NCBI GenBank assembly: GCA_964016885.1
Contig: OZ024743.1
Coordinates: forward strand, 160,828,001-160,892,000
Reading direction: 5' to 3'
DNA length: 64,000 nucleotides
Source of the DNA: Eledone cirrhosa
Lineage: Eukaryota
This document shows positions 1 to 13,679 of this stretch, piece after piece. How positions within the stretch are numbered: the first letter of the stretch is position 1; the number at the start of each line of letters is the position of its first letter. A program made the position numbers and the translations under genes. The notes under the pieces were generated by a model that did not search any database, was not told the DNA's origin, and saw only the letters and a list, made by a program, of their open reading frames with translations.

Positions 1-205
1 ACAACTCAAAACATACACATCCACACATACAATAATATCCATATCTACACATGCATGCATGCAGACATACATACATATCTACCTAGTTGATGTGTAAATT
101 CCAATGAGAGAGTCTTGTGTCTATGTTAGAAACCGACTCTCTCTCTCTATTGGTTAAACTTTGTGAAATCATAAAACCAGAAGAACATACATACATACAT
201 ACATA
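1..205 (+). mobile_element. 3' UTR and (TACA)n tail of a (TACA)n-associated R4/Dong-like LINE (continues left of the window)
   Basis: Near-identical to 8706-8900 and to the reverse complement of 45213-45395; ends ...AAAACCAGAAGAA(CATA)n. Confidence 0.85.
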
Positions 206-701
206 TATGTTGCCAGGAAGCTCCAGAGTGAGAGTAATATAGATAAGGAAAGTAGTCTATCTTGGACCAACAACCGCTATATTGGCTCCCACTTTGAAGG
301 ATACGCTTTTGCAATCCAAGAACAGGAGATTAACACGCAATACGTGATTCACAAAAGAGATAGGGATGCAGGCAAAACACCTAGATGGGATAACAAGTGC
401 AGACTCTGCAGAACTAACACCGAGGATATCACCCATGTCATCAGCAGCTGTCCAAAGATGTCATCGCGGTACTATCTACCTATGAGGCATGATGAAGTGG
501 CCAAAACACTGTACAATGCAGTTCGTAAAAAAGATAGCCCCGATAATAAACACAATAAAAGCTACAGCAATGTGGAAGATATCCACGTACATAATATGAA
601 AGAGTACTGGCGGAATGATCCAGTAAAAACCCCAATAAAATGCAGGCATAGATCATATATTATGATATGGGACAGGGAGAAGAAAGCATGCACAATAGTG
701 C
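206..701 (+). mobile_element. Truncated fragment of the same LINE (CCHC zinc knuckle + start of RLE endonuclease)
   Basis: ORF 344-739: CRLC...HVISSC, RHD, then decayed RPD-region; homologous to 7960-8370. Confidence 0.85.
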
Positions 702-925
702 AAGCTTTCGAGTACGGCCACTACTTTATATCCATGTAGGAGAACCCCTACCGATGCGCTGAACGAGTGTGACTTTTTAGTCCAGCCAGCGACTTGAAAA
801 CTCTGGTACAAACACTACACTTGTGACAATTATTGACACATAGTGCTGGGCCCATGGTACCATGTGACGACAAGTGCAGAGAGATCTCCAGATATAAAGC
901 AATGCCTGTGCCGTGAAGCTTTTAT
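702..925 (+). mobile_element. Partial copy of a ~300-bp non-coding (TACA)n-tailed short retroelement
   Basis: Near-identical to 9019-9238 and 31352-31572; followed by (TACA)n. Confidence 0.75.
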
Positions 926-1028
926 ATACATACATACATACATACATACATACATACATACATACATACATACATACATACATACATACATACATACATA
1001 CATACATACATACATACATACATACATA
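926..1028. repeat. (TACA)n microsatellite
   Basis: Perfect tetranucleotide run. Confidence 0.98.
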
Positions 1029-2132
1029 CTTGAGAGTGTGAAGTGCGAAACAAGTACAACGGTAATATAAAATATAAAAATAGAGTTTTATGAAACGAAG
1101 AGCGGTAGAAGCAACAGATGAATACAAAGGATCGAGGAAGGAATACATTGTACCTTAAGTAACCGGAAGTCTTTACAGCACATATTTCTGCGGTATAAGT
1201 GAATGGCCGCCAAAGAGAAGATTACTAATATGCAAACACCATACAAAACAACTTCTCACGGGCTGGTATATTTAAGACTATTATTGCTGGTTCTACAAAT
1301 AATTTCTATATTTTCTCGGATTTATCTGCTTCAGAGTAACTTTTTATCTTAGTAGTAGAATGCAAATCTATTGTAGGTAGCTTTAAATCACTGTCAGAAT
1401 TGAACTTAGCACTACATATCTGGATCATAGACTTAATCTATTATTCAGTTTAACACTATTACTCGACTTTGGACTTTTTAGTGTTCATTCTTCTGAAAGC
1501 ATTCAGATTAGTTCACTGATCTGTGAATAATCCTTCTCTCCACCCGTCTCTGAAGCCTTACAAATAATCAGATGCGTTCCTTTGTCTTCTCTCACTAAGC
1601 CATTAAAAAGGTTAAAGGATCATTTTTGAAGTTTCATAAGATACTACGGCTTTCGATAGTCAGCTATATGTCTGTGTTGTATCTACTTACTGCTAAGTGG
1701 ACTGAGTCGATTGGAATTAAGTACATTAGTAAAAGACACACTCGTCAGTGTATAAACCTCCGACTACTCCGATTCAATATTGATTTGACCATTTATAATC
1801 TATACAGAGAAGATGGTAATTAGGTAATACCAGACTATCCTTCTGCCTGTTGTTAATACAGAGGCTGTTGATTAGCAGTCACTAATTGGACGTGAAATGT
1901 CAACGGAGTCTAGAAAATGCGAATATTGTATCAAAATCTCATTGAATATATGGAGGTATGGAGCAACTTGTAAAGACCCTGTTGGTTTAAATGTCATTTA
2001 GACTGAAGATAAACATTTTCCTTCCCTATCTAACAGTGTATATATGGGTGGGTATGTATACGCGTGCGTGTGCGTGTGTCCGTGTGGGGGTGTATGTACC
2101 TGTACACAATCATATATATATATATATATATG

Positions 2133-2171
<39 letters not shown>

Positions 2172-2713
2172 AAAGAGGGAGAGAATACGAATGTGTGTGT
2201 ATGTACTCTTCAAGCAATAATAACTTAGTTTATTTTACCGTGAAGCATATTAGAATCTAGAATTATTTGTAAGTAAACATTATTTAAATTACATTTTTGA
2301 CATTGAAACACAAACGAATGTTCTTGTTTATTTTCATACAAATTAGAACGTAAACAATCTTTAAATAAATTGAACTACAAATAAAATGTTCTTGTTTATT
2401 TAATTTTACACAATTAATATATTAACTACCTCTAATTAAACCATAAAATAATATTCTTGTCTATTCCAACTAAAAAATAAAATTAAAAAAAAACATTAAA
2501 ATTTAATTAACTTAGTTTATTTTAGCGTGAAGCAAAACCCAAATTACCACGAGACTCCCAAAATAAGAACAAAACATTAAGAGAAGGAAATAAACAAATA
2601 AACAGAAGACAATTTATCAATTATACTAGACCTTCCCACCCTAAAAAAGAGAAACGTATAACAAATATACTGAAATGTAAGTATACATACGTACACACAC
2701 ATATATACACACA

Positions 2714-2749
<36 letters not shown>

Positions 2750-2918
2750 ATATATATATATTTATATATATATATATATACACATATACATATGTACGTA
2801 TATATCGAACATTAATAATAATATTCGATTCGTTTGTAAACAAACGGACCAATTAAATTAAAGCTTTGCCGTGCCGATGACCAATCGTATTCCATTTGTT
2901 CAACACTGGCATCGAGGA

Positions 2919-2960
2919 ACAAACAACATGTTTCTGGGTCATGACCGTCATCAGGACTGT
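2919..2960 (-). ncRNA. Type-I hammerhead ribozyme motif
   Basis: Minus strand: acagtc-CTGATGA-cggtcatgaccca-GAAA-catg-TT-gtttgt; stem II ggtc/gacc, palindromic stem III ACATGT, stem I with one mismatch; same family as 28976-29018. Confidence 0.7.
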
Positions 2961-3169
2961 ATACCTCTCTGCCAATCTGTTGAACCGTTAAAAATATATT
3001 GTATTTTCTAAAGTATATATGACTGAGTTACTTATCTCAACCTGAAATTCAGGTCATTATAGTGTATGGTGCCTTCCAATTGGTAGTATTTTGTGCAGCG
3101 TGGAGGTCACTCCTGTGCTTGTTGCCTCCGGAATTGTTCAAATACTTTTTTTATTTCTGTTATTATTTT

Positions 3170-4430
3170 TGTTAATGATGGAATCTTTGCTGGTGACAGT
3201 CGGTCCCAGATAAATGAAGGAGCTGACAGAATCCACGACGTCGAGGCCAAGATGAATCAGTGGAGGATCCAGGCCATCACCGACATGTATCAGCTTGGTC
3301 TTCACTCAGCTCACCTGAAATCCAAGCTTTGCTAATTCCTCTCGGTATATAATCAATGTGTCCCTGACCTGATCGATTGAGTTGCTGAATAGGGGGGGGG
3401 TGTCGTCTGCGTACTCAAAGTCGGTAAGGTGTTAGTTCCCAAAGGTAACGCCAGAAACTCTTTCACAGACCTTGGTCATCAGATAGTCGAGATGACACAG
3501 TTGAAGATGTCGGGACAGCCACACAACCCTCCCTGTCTGACCCTGCTATTGGTGGGCAACCAGTCGGAGTCCTTCCCGTTCACCCGCATGCAACTCTCGG
3601 AAATGCAATAGAGCCGTTGGAACAGGATTGTGATCTTGGGGGCTGCACCGATAAGCTTAAGAATTTTCTAGGTGGATGCGTTGTCGACTGTGTCAAAAGT
3701 CACCTCGCCTTGAGGTCGATGAAGGTGATGTAGAGGCGGCGATCTCTGCTGAACTACTGAGATCCTTTAATAATGAGACGGAGGGCAGAAAAGCGATCGC
3801 GGTAGATCGATTTTTCCTGAATCCGGCTTGAAGGTGACGTTTACTTCTAATGGCAGACATAGCACGGCTGAGGAGGATCTTGATAAGGAGTTTGGTTGGG
3901 ATAGAGGGGATGGGGATTCCCATGCGGTTTTTGCGGGCGAGTATGTCGATCTTCCGTTTACAGAAGGGAAGGATGATGCTCCGGAATAGTCAATTTGGAG
4001 CCACTCTGACCCCCATACAAGGTTGATGATTCGGGTAAGCCACTGGAGAAACGTTATCTCCCCCGCCTTCAGCATCTCCTCGGTGATAGTACAGATTCAA
4101 TGAGCTTTGCGGTTGAGCTTTTCCATGTGGCTCAGACATCATCGGGGTGATAGGATCGAGTCTGCAAGTGTCGGCGCTGATAGCTAGATAGGGATCGATT
4201 AGAACGGGTGGGTGATAAAGAAGAAGGCTGCAGCCCCTACAAGCATTTGAGGCAGGTAGTTTCTGAAGTGACGATGTTGCCATTGGTCTCCTTCACTAGG
4301 GCTGTCTTGATTCGTGGAACGGCATGAGCTCTGTAGGGTGTGGTGAACACCTGGCTGGGGCCGTTGTTCCTTTCCGCTGTCTCGATGTGCTCGGCTTCTT
4401 CCGGTCATCCATGATGGCCTTGTTGCATCC
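3170..4430 (-). mobile_element. Decayed RTE-like LINE reverse transcriptase
   Basis: Frame-broken peptides MLKAGEITFLQWLTRIINLVW, QAGFRKNRST, and TDFEYADD at ~3400-3425 (minus). Confidence 0.8.
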
Positions 4431-4759
4431 GGTATCTGTAATATATATATCCGTGTGTGTCGGTATTTATAATAAGTTCTACAACGATGTCATTATGCAA
4501 ATACTCCAGCCTTATACAAACTCATTCTGTCTGCCTGAGTGTAATAGAATTATTTCCGGGGAGATTATTGATCATATAGAAGAGTTCTCAAGCTAAGGGA
4601 GGACAACGAAAGTTATGCTGTTATGGATTGTAATAAACTCTATTTGAGGTAAGAGAGAGAACTATAAATAAATAAAGGGTCTTAATTTGTGAGTAACCTC
4701 TCTAAGAGGTAAGGGAAATAACTCCAAAAAGATAAGAATAAAAAGGGGCTAAGCTTAAA

Positions 4760-5480
4760 CCATCCCTTCGTAAAGAATTTGTTTTGTGTGGGCAACACAT
4801 CAAGACTTGCAAGTGGGTGTACATCAGTTCTTTTTAGAATACAGTTGTGTCAGCATATTCCATTTTTCCATGGTACATAAATAACAAGTTTTCGTCCCAT
4901 TACAGTATGGTGTATTTTTGCTGATCCTCCATTTTATGAGGAAATCCCTGTTATTTACTTTGAGGTTCCACATGTTGCTTGCGAGCCTCGTGGTATGCCA
5001 CATATCTGGGTGTCTAAAGGTCATTTTGTGATTAAGGAAATGGTTTTCTGACATACCGATATATGTTCAGATTTCTGTTTGGTGGAAATCCCTTCTGCTT
5101 AATATATTACTGCTAGAGTGTTTGTCAAGTGGGCATGTACCTGGCCGTCTGCATGACCATCCTTAAGGTGGAGGGTTCTTGTTTTTATTTGTGATGCGGA
5201 ATTTCATGTTTCTAGCACAACACTAGCCGCTTTTCACTGTATGGTGGTTAAATACCTGACGGTATATGTGTCCTACACGAAGGTGTGGTTTTAAAGGTGT
5301 TGGGAATATTTTTCCCATGTTAGTTTTAATGTTTAGCAAGAATGGTCATGAAAACTATATAATGGATTTATGCCTAGATTTATTCTTACTAGATATAAGG
5401 TGGTGATCTGGTGAGTAAGATATTTTCTCGGAGAAGATACTGTTACTTACAAATGTTTTATAGTAGAAAACCACCTTATT
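4760..5480 (-). mobile_element. Decayed PLE 3' part (linker + GIY-YIG endonuclease)
   Basis: ORF 4824-5054 (F.NHKMTFRHPD...W...CYLC..EK) resembles the GIY-YIG C-terminal halves of the other PLEs in the window. Confidence 0.75.
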
Positions 5481-5482
5481 AA

Positions 5483-5530
<48 letters not shown>

Positions 5531-6507
5531 GGATTTTAATGGATACAGTTTAGTTAAAAGGAATTTAGTGACACGTGTTTCTATAACAGTTACATAACCT
5601 GAAAACAGCTGCTATCTACAAAGTATTAGTTATGCAGACATTCAATATTTCAATGTTATTATCAACTGTCATTTCATCGGAATAATTTTACTGAGGACCT
5701 GTTTGGTTTTTATAGAGAATATTAGGAGGGAGGGGTGAAGTTGTTAGAAGAATAGTTGAGAGAGTGGTTTTTTGATAGCAGTGAGAATTTTTGGTGGCAG
5801 TGAGTAATTAGATTCCCATCTGTTGTTTTGACATTTTTATAGAATATATTATTGGTTATTTTTCTAAATCTATAGAAGGATTAGAGATAGTATAGATATG
5901 CGTGGTTGGTTTTGTGTTTGCACTTAATTAACATTCAGACTTAAATTTTTCTTTCAAGTGTACGTATCCTTTCGCCCACGCATTCACACACAAACATATA
6001 TGCACACCTCTACAAAATACATATACTCACATACACATACTTACATGCTCATACTTACATACATATACACATGCATACATATATATATACACATATATAC
6101 ATGTACATACATACGCGTTCATATGTATACATTTTCATACTCAACTTATCTTTATATACACACGTATAGACACACACATATATACACACATACTCCAGTC
6201 TATGTGTATATATATATATATATATATAAACACTTTAATACATGAATGCACTTACATCTAACTATACACATCAAACATATATATATATTTACTTATTTAT
6301 ATACATTTTTCCCATATATATACATACTTATGGTCGCTTTTAGACACATTCATTATAGCATATTTGCACCTTTTCTCATCAGCATATCTTTCCATTATTA
6401 GTGTGGTAATTTAAGGTTATTAATATACATTTATATGTTGAGAAGAGATTATTTTTATATTTTTCTAACTAGATTGAGGTTTATATAGTTGGGGGGATGT
6501 CCCTCTT

Positions 6508-7914
6508 TTATGTAATATTCAGCTTGTAGTGGGAAAAAAGGATTTTAGTTCGGTGACGGCAGAATAATGTTCGTTCAATTCTGTTATTCAGCAATTTCCT
6601 CTTGTGTGTGATTATGTAATAGATACACAATTTGCAGAAATTTTGGCTCCTGGAAAAGCTTTGGGTTTTAGCTAATTTCTCCCATTTTAGGGTAAACTTT
6701 TGATCGCTATCCCTGAGCGTCCAAGCTTTTTCTGCTAAAGTTGTTACATTTCTTTGGCTCTGGTGTTTTATTGAGTAAGAATGCCTATATAATCGAGATT
6801 TAAACGATGTTGCCGTTGATCCCACGTAATACCACTCGTTGCCTCCGGATTTAATGGTACACTTATAAATAATATTTTTTTCCAGGCAGTTATTGCCGGG
6901 GGGGGGGGCAGTTGTCAGGATAGGTGCAGTTACAGTTGTGTACGTTGGGTTTTCTCTGGAGTAGTATTGCGGACGAACTTAGGTGTGGTTTATTTATGTT
7001 CTGTAGTGTATTGTCTACTGTTTTTTTTGTGTTCTTTGTACTTAAGTTTTTAGTGTTTTCGTTTAACCTTCTAGTATTGATCTTTTTTATGTGTTGTTCA
7101 AGGTTTAACGCTGTAGAGTATGACAGTCTTATAGTGGTAGGGTTTAGGATTTTGTGGTATTTGTGTGATGTAGGAAAATGTCTCTTAATTATTTTAAAGA
7201 AGAGTACTGGTAAATTTGTACTAATGGAACTATTGTATTCAGGGTTATACCATAAGTACTCTTTGCATCGCTTTCTATTAGTTTTGTTTGTTGGTTTACT
7301 GGTGTGTATACTATGGTAGTAAGTGTGGTTTGGTGTTGTGTTATTATATCTACCTATGTGGGATTTATTTTGGGTGTTTTGATTGTTCTCATCTATATAC
7401 TCTATTTTGTTGAGGTAGCCTGCTTTACTAAGGGCGTTATCGTAGTACTCGGCGTGTTCCTTAAATACTTGTATGTTAGAAGATAGACCCGAGATTCTAA
7501 GGGAAATATTTTTAGGGATAGATTTAATTATAGACCCAACATTTACGTACTTGAGATTTTCATTCAATTTATGAAACGGTTTAATCAGACCAGAGTTTAA
7601 ATTGAGTGTGACATCCAGGAAGTTAACTACTTTAAGGTTGTATTCATATGTTATAGTTAGTCCTATTTCGAGTAGTAGTTTTCTTATATCTTTGCGTAGT
7701 TTTTCTAGTTTTTGGTTATTTAGGTTTTTAACTAGGAGGAGAACATCGTCGCGGTATATTCCGCCATGGAGATTGCTGAATTTTTCCTGGAGTCTAAAGG
7801 CGATAAATAACCCCACAATATCAGTTATTTCCGCCGAATCGTTAGAGCCCATTGTTATGTCAAAGTTAGAGGGTCTATCTTTACGTACCCAATAACTGTT
7901 CTCAAATTTGACTA
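6508..7914 (-). pseudogene. 5'-truncated Penelope-like element: RT C-terminal half + CxCx5C linker + GIY-YIG (frameshift near 6890-6910)
   Basis: MGSNDSA, GIYRDD, FLDVTL, CNCTYPDNC, then YVGST..F..R...H, CKLC, LLN, CRH. Confidence 0.9.
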
Positions 7915-8891
7915 TATAAGGAAAGTAGTCTAATTTGACTATATAAGGAAAGTAGTCTAATATGGACCAACAACCGCTATATTGGCTCTCACTTTGAAGG
8001 ATACGCTTTTGCAATTCAAGAACAGGAAATTAACACGAAATACCTAAATGTGATAACAAGTGCAGACTCTGCAGAATTAATATCGAAGATGTCACCCATG
8101 TCATCAGCAGCTGTCCAAATATGTCATCGCGGTACTATCTACCTATGAGGCATGATGTAGTGACCAAAACACTGAACAATGCAATCCGTAGAAAAGATAG
8201 CCCAGATAATATACATATTAAAAGCTACAGCAAAGTGGAAGACATCCATATGCGTAATATGAAAGAGTACTGGTGGAATGTTCCAGTAAAAACCCCAATA
8301 AAATGCAGGTATAACAGACCAGACATTATGATATGGGACAGGGAAAAGAAAGCATGCACAGTAGTGGAAATTAGCTGCCCAGTAGATACCAATATAATAT
8401 CAAAGATTAGCGAAAAAGAGAAAGTTTATGCAGAACTGATGAGAAAACTGCAGATACTCCACCCTGATTACACCTTCAGATGTATGCCTGTGATCATTGG
8501 GACACTGGGTGATGTTAGTAACTGCCTCAATACAAATCTTGAGAAGCTAGGCTTCACAGGAACAGAAAGAACACAACTAGTTAGGAAACTACAAGTACAA
8601 TACATTAATAGATCAGTAAAAATATGTAAAACAGTCCAAACGTTTTGCATCTAATAACTGCATATACACATGTACAGATACAAAACATATACACATGCAC
8701 ACATACAACTCAAAACATACACATCCACACATACAATAATATCCATATCTATACATGCATGCATACAGACATGCATACATATCTACCTAGTTGATGTTGT
8801 GTAAATTCCAATGAGAGAGTCTTGGGTCTATGTTAGAAACCGACTCTCTCTCTATTGGTAAAAAATTGTGAAATTTTACAACCAGAAGAAC
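7915..8891 (+). mobile_element. 5'-truncated (TACA)n-associated R4/Dong-like LINE: zinc knuckle, RLE endonuclease, 3' UTR
   Basis: ORF 8121-8654: RHD, RPDIMIWD...VVEISCP...K...Y, PVIIGTLG; ends in (TACA)n. Confidence 0.9.
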
Positions 8892-9000
8892 ATACATACA
8901 TACATGCATACATACATACATACATACATACATACATACATACATACATACATACATACATACATACATACATACATACATACATACATACATACATACA
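8892..9000. repeat. (TACA)n microsatellite
   Basis: Tetranucleotide run. Confidence 0.98.
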
Positions 9001-9289
9001 TGGTGGCTGCCAACTCGTTTTCGAGTACAGCCACTACTTTATAGCCATGTAGGAGAACCCTTACCGATGCGCTGAACGAGTGTGACTTTTTAGTCCAGCC
9101 AGTGACTTGAAAACTCTAGTACAAACACTACACTTGTGACAATTATTGACACATAGTGCTGGGCCCATGGTACCATGTGACGACAAGTGCAGAGAGATCT
9201 CCAGATATAAAGCAATGCCTGTGCCGTGAAGCTTTTATAGTGAGAAAAGGACCTGCACAAAGTCAGTCCCATTCTCTTAACCAAGATGA

Positions 9290-9294
<5 letters not shown>
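9001..9294 (+). mobile_element. ~300-bp (TACA)n-embedded short retroelement
   Basis: Flanked both sides by (TACA)n; three copies in window; 5' hairpin GTGGCTG..ACTCG-TTTT-CGAGT..CAGCCAC. Confidence 0.8.
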
Positions 9295-9323
<29 letters not shown>

Positions 9324-9407
9324 CATACATACATGCATACATACATACATACATACATACATACATACATACATACATACATACATACATACATACATAC
9401 ATACATA
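9295..9407. repeat. (TACA)n microsatellite
   Basis: Tetranucleotide run. Confidence 0.98.
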
Positions 9408-9942
9408 CTTGAGTGTGTGAAGTGCGGCGAAACAAGTAAAACGGTAATATATAACATAAAAATAGAGTATTATCAAACGGAGAGCTTTTTCCGAAAGAAT
9501 TTTCTCCATTCAATTCTATATATATCTTATGAAATTTTCAAACCTCTTCAGTTTGAATAGTGCTTTAACTCGGAACACTCGGAAATCCAATGCTATAGAT
9601 AGAAACATGCATGTAGTTAGTTCTATTTCTTTCATTTATACAACCTAACCTATGTAAGTTTACCTGCGCATGCACATATGTGAAAAGAGAAATAGATTTA
9701 TGCGTTTATATATGCATCTAAAGAAGTTGCATCGAAAAATGCCATCTTTATGGATTGATGTGTTTATTTCTTCCAATGTTTAACTTTACATCGTTATGTA
9801 TTAGTATTGGTAAATGTTTTCTACGCATTGCTAATTAGCTTGAATATAAGGCAGTGTCGTGATATAGTGTAAGTAACTATAAGGAACAGAGGATAGTTTC
9901 AAGTCTTCTGACATTGTGGTTATACCGTACTATTAGATCCAT

Positions 9943-10271
9943 TAGTGGGTAGTGTGTTGGGCTTGTAATCGGGAGATTGTGAGTTAGATTCTCGGACCGG
10001 GTGATGCGCTGTGTCCTTGAGAAAGACACTTTATTTCACGTTGTCCCAGTTTACTCAGCTAAAAAATTGAGTTGCGATGTCACTGGTGCCAAGCTGTGTC
10101 GGCAATTGTCTTTCCCATGGACAATATCGGTGGCATGGAGAGGGGAGACTGATATGCATGAACAACTACTAGTCATCCACAAACAACCATGCCCAGACAT
10201 GTGCCTCGGAAGGGGACATTGCAGATGCAAATCCCATGGTCATTCGTGACCGAAGGATGTCTTTACTTCAT
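9943..10271 (+). mobile_element. tRNA-derived SINE with CORE-like central domain
   Basis: tRNA-like head (GAGTTAGATTC box-B-like), GTGTCCTTGAGAAAGACACTT CORE-like motif; ATCCAT duplicated at 9937-9942/10272-10277; empty site seen in paralogous block at ~10920. Confidence 0.75.
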
Positions 10272-12424
10272 ATCCATCTTGATATGTTTAGATTTGTCGA
10301 TGTTCTATGGTTTATGAGAAACAGGGTTAGTATTATTATGGTTATCCTCAATAACTGAATTAAGTTAAATCTGTTTAAATGCAGGAATCTAGAAATAAAC
10401 AGAACATTAGGCTTCAGTGCTTCCCTTTAGCAAGCGAAGAATGTTGCTTACGTGGTATATTATTAATAAAGTATATGGGTTAAAAGTTTGTGAGACTAAA
10501 TATTATTTCTTAGAGAACTAGCGATTCACATTCGAGAATACGAAGAGGGCACCGGATCCATTTCCTAATTAATTGTACAATCAGCTTTGATATGTTTTAA
10601 CCAATATTCTAGAAAATGTACTTTTATCGCAATCAATCTAGTCACACTTTCATAAGTTGTTTTCATTTCCATGTATTTTCCTCTATATCGCGCTTTTACT
10701 AGCAGCTAAGCTACAATTTTTATCACACAGGAAGAAACGCTTCATTCGGTTTCTGTATTAATGGCGTTTATCAAATATTTATATTGGAAAATGTTTTCTA
10801 CGCGTTGCGAATTAACTTGGATGCAAGTCAATGGCTGTGATATATATTAAGTAACTGTAAAGAATACATGGTAGTTGCAAAGCTTCTGACATTTTGTCTA
10901 TACAGTACTACTAGCTCCATCTTGATATGTTCATATTTTTCGAGTAGTCTATGGTTTATGATAAACACAGATAGTATCTGGCCATTATGGTTATTCTCAA
11001 TAACTGAATTGGAGTTAGATCTGTTTGAATGCAGGAATCTAGAAATTAGCAGAACATTAGTCTTCAGTGCTTCAACTTAGCTAGCGGAGAATGTTTATAA
11101 GCCTTATAACTAACTAAACGGATGAGGTTTTTAACCTACAATCGTCAGTAGAATATCTAAGGCACGTAACGCATATAACCTCCAATGGTTCAGTTCAACT
11201 TGTTATATAAAGGTACCATGTGAGATATACAACGCAGTACTGTATGTAACAGACTGGAATGGAATAGACTTGCCAGTGGTTTCGATGACGGGTGTTCCAT
11301 GTGATTGATCAAAGTAACAATCTGCTCATGAAATTAAATTGTAAGTGGCTGAGCATTTCACAAGTATGTGTAACCTTAACGTAATACTCAAGGGGATTCA
11401 GCATGACACAGAGTGTGATGAGTTAATCCCTTTCAATCCGAGGTACAGCCCAACCGACGCGATTCCAAACAGTTTCCGACTACCAAATTTCGCTTACAAG
11501 GCTAGAACCAATATGGGGCCATGGAAAATGACATTTGACGAAGATGCCACGAATTGGGATCTAATGGTAGTGAAGCGAATTTCATAACGATTTGGTCATG
11601 CTGCTTTCACAATGCAACAGACTACTTTATACAAAATCCACGGACACATTGCTACAATTTCACTGGATTCAAAGAAATATTTTGACCATACTTATGGATA
11701 TATATAGTAATCAGGTTCATAACCATATTTTTACTAACAAAATTCCGACAAAGCTCAAAACTATATTTTGACTGAATTCAGGCTTTATTTTAACTGGGCC
11801 TTTTGTTATTTTTTGACAAGACATATAACTATACTTTTTTTAATTTTCCACCTTATATTTTGTCTAGATTAAAGGCTACATTCTTCTTAAACTAAAAGCT
11901 GTGTTTTTTTTACAAGACTGAAGACTATGTTTTGAATAAGTACATGGCAATATTTCGATTGTGTTCTGATTTATATAATACACGTCAGTAATTATAGGGC
12001 TGCAGATGGTCGAATTAGTAAGAGTTACAGAGTAGGATGTTTGCAATATGTATCTTTTCGCTCTCCGCAGTTCCTAGATGTAAACAGCAGTTACCAAAAC
12101 AATGTTAACCGTCATTAATGTAAACAGAGTTAACTTTTAAATGACAATAACCTTTATTGTGTTATAACGTTCAAATCTTTATATGGGAAAATTAACAAAC
12201 ATTAGGAAATATCATATCCAGGATGGTGATATATATTGCTACAGAAACCGGGAATAAGTAATGGATCAGACGATTCTGAAAAACGTCATGAAATAAATGA
12301 TTATCGTTTTCATGAGATATAGCCTTTTTTATTATAATTCCAATCAAGGGCGTACCCCAACACAGTACTTAACTAATACTTATTTCGGTGGTATTTGAAC
12401 ACAAAAAGTAAAGGATTTTTACTT

Positions 12425-12664
12425 AATAATTGTGTCTACTTTAGGCACAAGGCCAGCAATTACTCAGTTCATTACTGGTACTTTATTTTATCGACCCCGT
12501 AAGAATGAAAGGCAAAGTCAACCTCGGCGGGATTTGAACTCAGATCGTAAAGGGACGTAACTATGCTGGAAAGCATGGCGTCCGACCCTCTACCGATACT
12601 GCCAAATAATTGTTTCTACTTTAGGCACAAGGCCAGCAATTACCCAGTTCATTACTGGTACTTT
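12425..12664 (-). mobile_element. tRNA-derived SINE (main family of the window) plus a second copy of its 3' tail
   Basis: Minus strand box A TGGCAGTATCGG, box B GAGTTCAAATCC, tail GGCCTTGTGCC..AAAGTAGA; tail repeated at 12606-12664. Confidence 0.85.
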
Positions 12665-12964
12665 CAAATAATGCAAGGCAATTATTCTAACGATCTTGCG
12701 AGACATTTAACTTGACCTCAATATATTACTCATACATATTTTATTGACACGAGATGGATGAAAAGCAAAAACCACTGTGTTACAATAAGAGGAATGATGA
12801 AACTAGTCACTATACAATTTACCCGAAACTCCTTCACTGGACATAGGTGACTATTGGATTATTGATATATTTGTAGTGCTGGGCTGCAGCCGTTGATTAT
12901 AAATTATATTTGAAAACACTGGAATTTGCATGTTTCCCTTGATCTTTGTAAACTTCGATTGGGC

Positions 12965-13260
12965 CTTCTTCTTCTTCTTCTTCTTCTTCTTCTTCTTCTT
13001 TTTCTTCTTCTTCTTCTTCTTCTTCTTCTTCTTCTTCTTGATATCCTGCTGGTTGATTTGCCCGTAAAATCTCTCCTGCGATTCTTTTCTTATACATCCT
13101 AATCACCTGCCCGTAGTATCGGAACTGTGATCTCTCGATTCGGAGAAATAGTGACCCTACTTGGAGCGACTCCCTGATCTCCGAGATTCACACCCTATCA
13201 AGTAGCGTTACTATAAGCCTTCGGAGGAACCCCATTTCGTCTACTTGTATTCGTGATCGT
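12965..13260 (-). mobile_element. LINE 3' end with (GAA)n tail
   Basis: (CTT)n at 12965-13039 followed by coding-like sequence (YYGQVIRMYKKRIAGEIL) on minus. Confidence 0.5.
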
Positions 13261-13679
13261 ATTCCTTCGCTTGTAGAGAAATGTCTGAGAACTTATAAAG
13301 GACGAACAGTGATTGCATCTTCTTTTAACGGTGTCCATTCACTTCGGATTTAATATTTAACTGTGCAACATAATTCACATAATGCATTGTAATACAATTT
13401 TGACTCCAAAGATAGTCGTTCTTACCTCTCACAGTGTTTATTCTTCATTACATGATAATCTAAGAATTCATGGTTTTCATCAACTTTATCTTTTATATAG
13501 CTTTAACGCTATATTTGGTAACCATCAGAAGAAAAGAGCATGTAAACATGACAAGTGAAAGCAATATTGCGCTAAAGCTGCAGCACTTCTGGTTTTCAAA
13601 GAGTCGAAGTGTGGTTCTCACAAGCGGAGGCCCAGTTTACGATAAAAGGCATTGTGATAGTTGCGCTAAATAAAGAAAG

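Noticed and set aside
5565-5675. Minus-strand GAAA-cacgtg-TC with distant TTGATAA downstream of a PLE
   Set aside because: Core has two mismatches and stem I does not pair; too weak to call
6890-8014. 374-aa ORF as a single gene
   Set aside because: N-terminal ~30 aa come from an antisense LINE and a junction duplication; the rest is a truncated PLE
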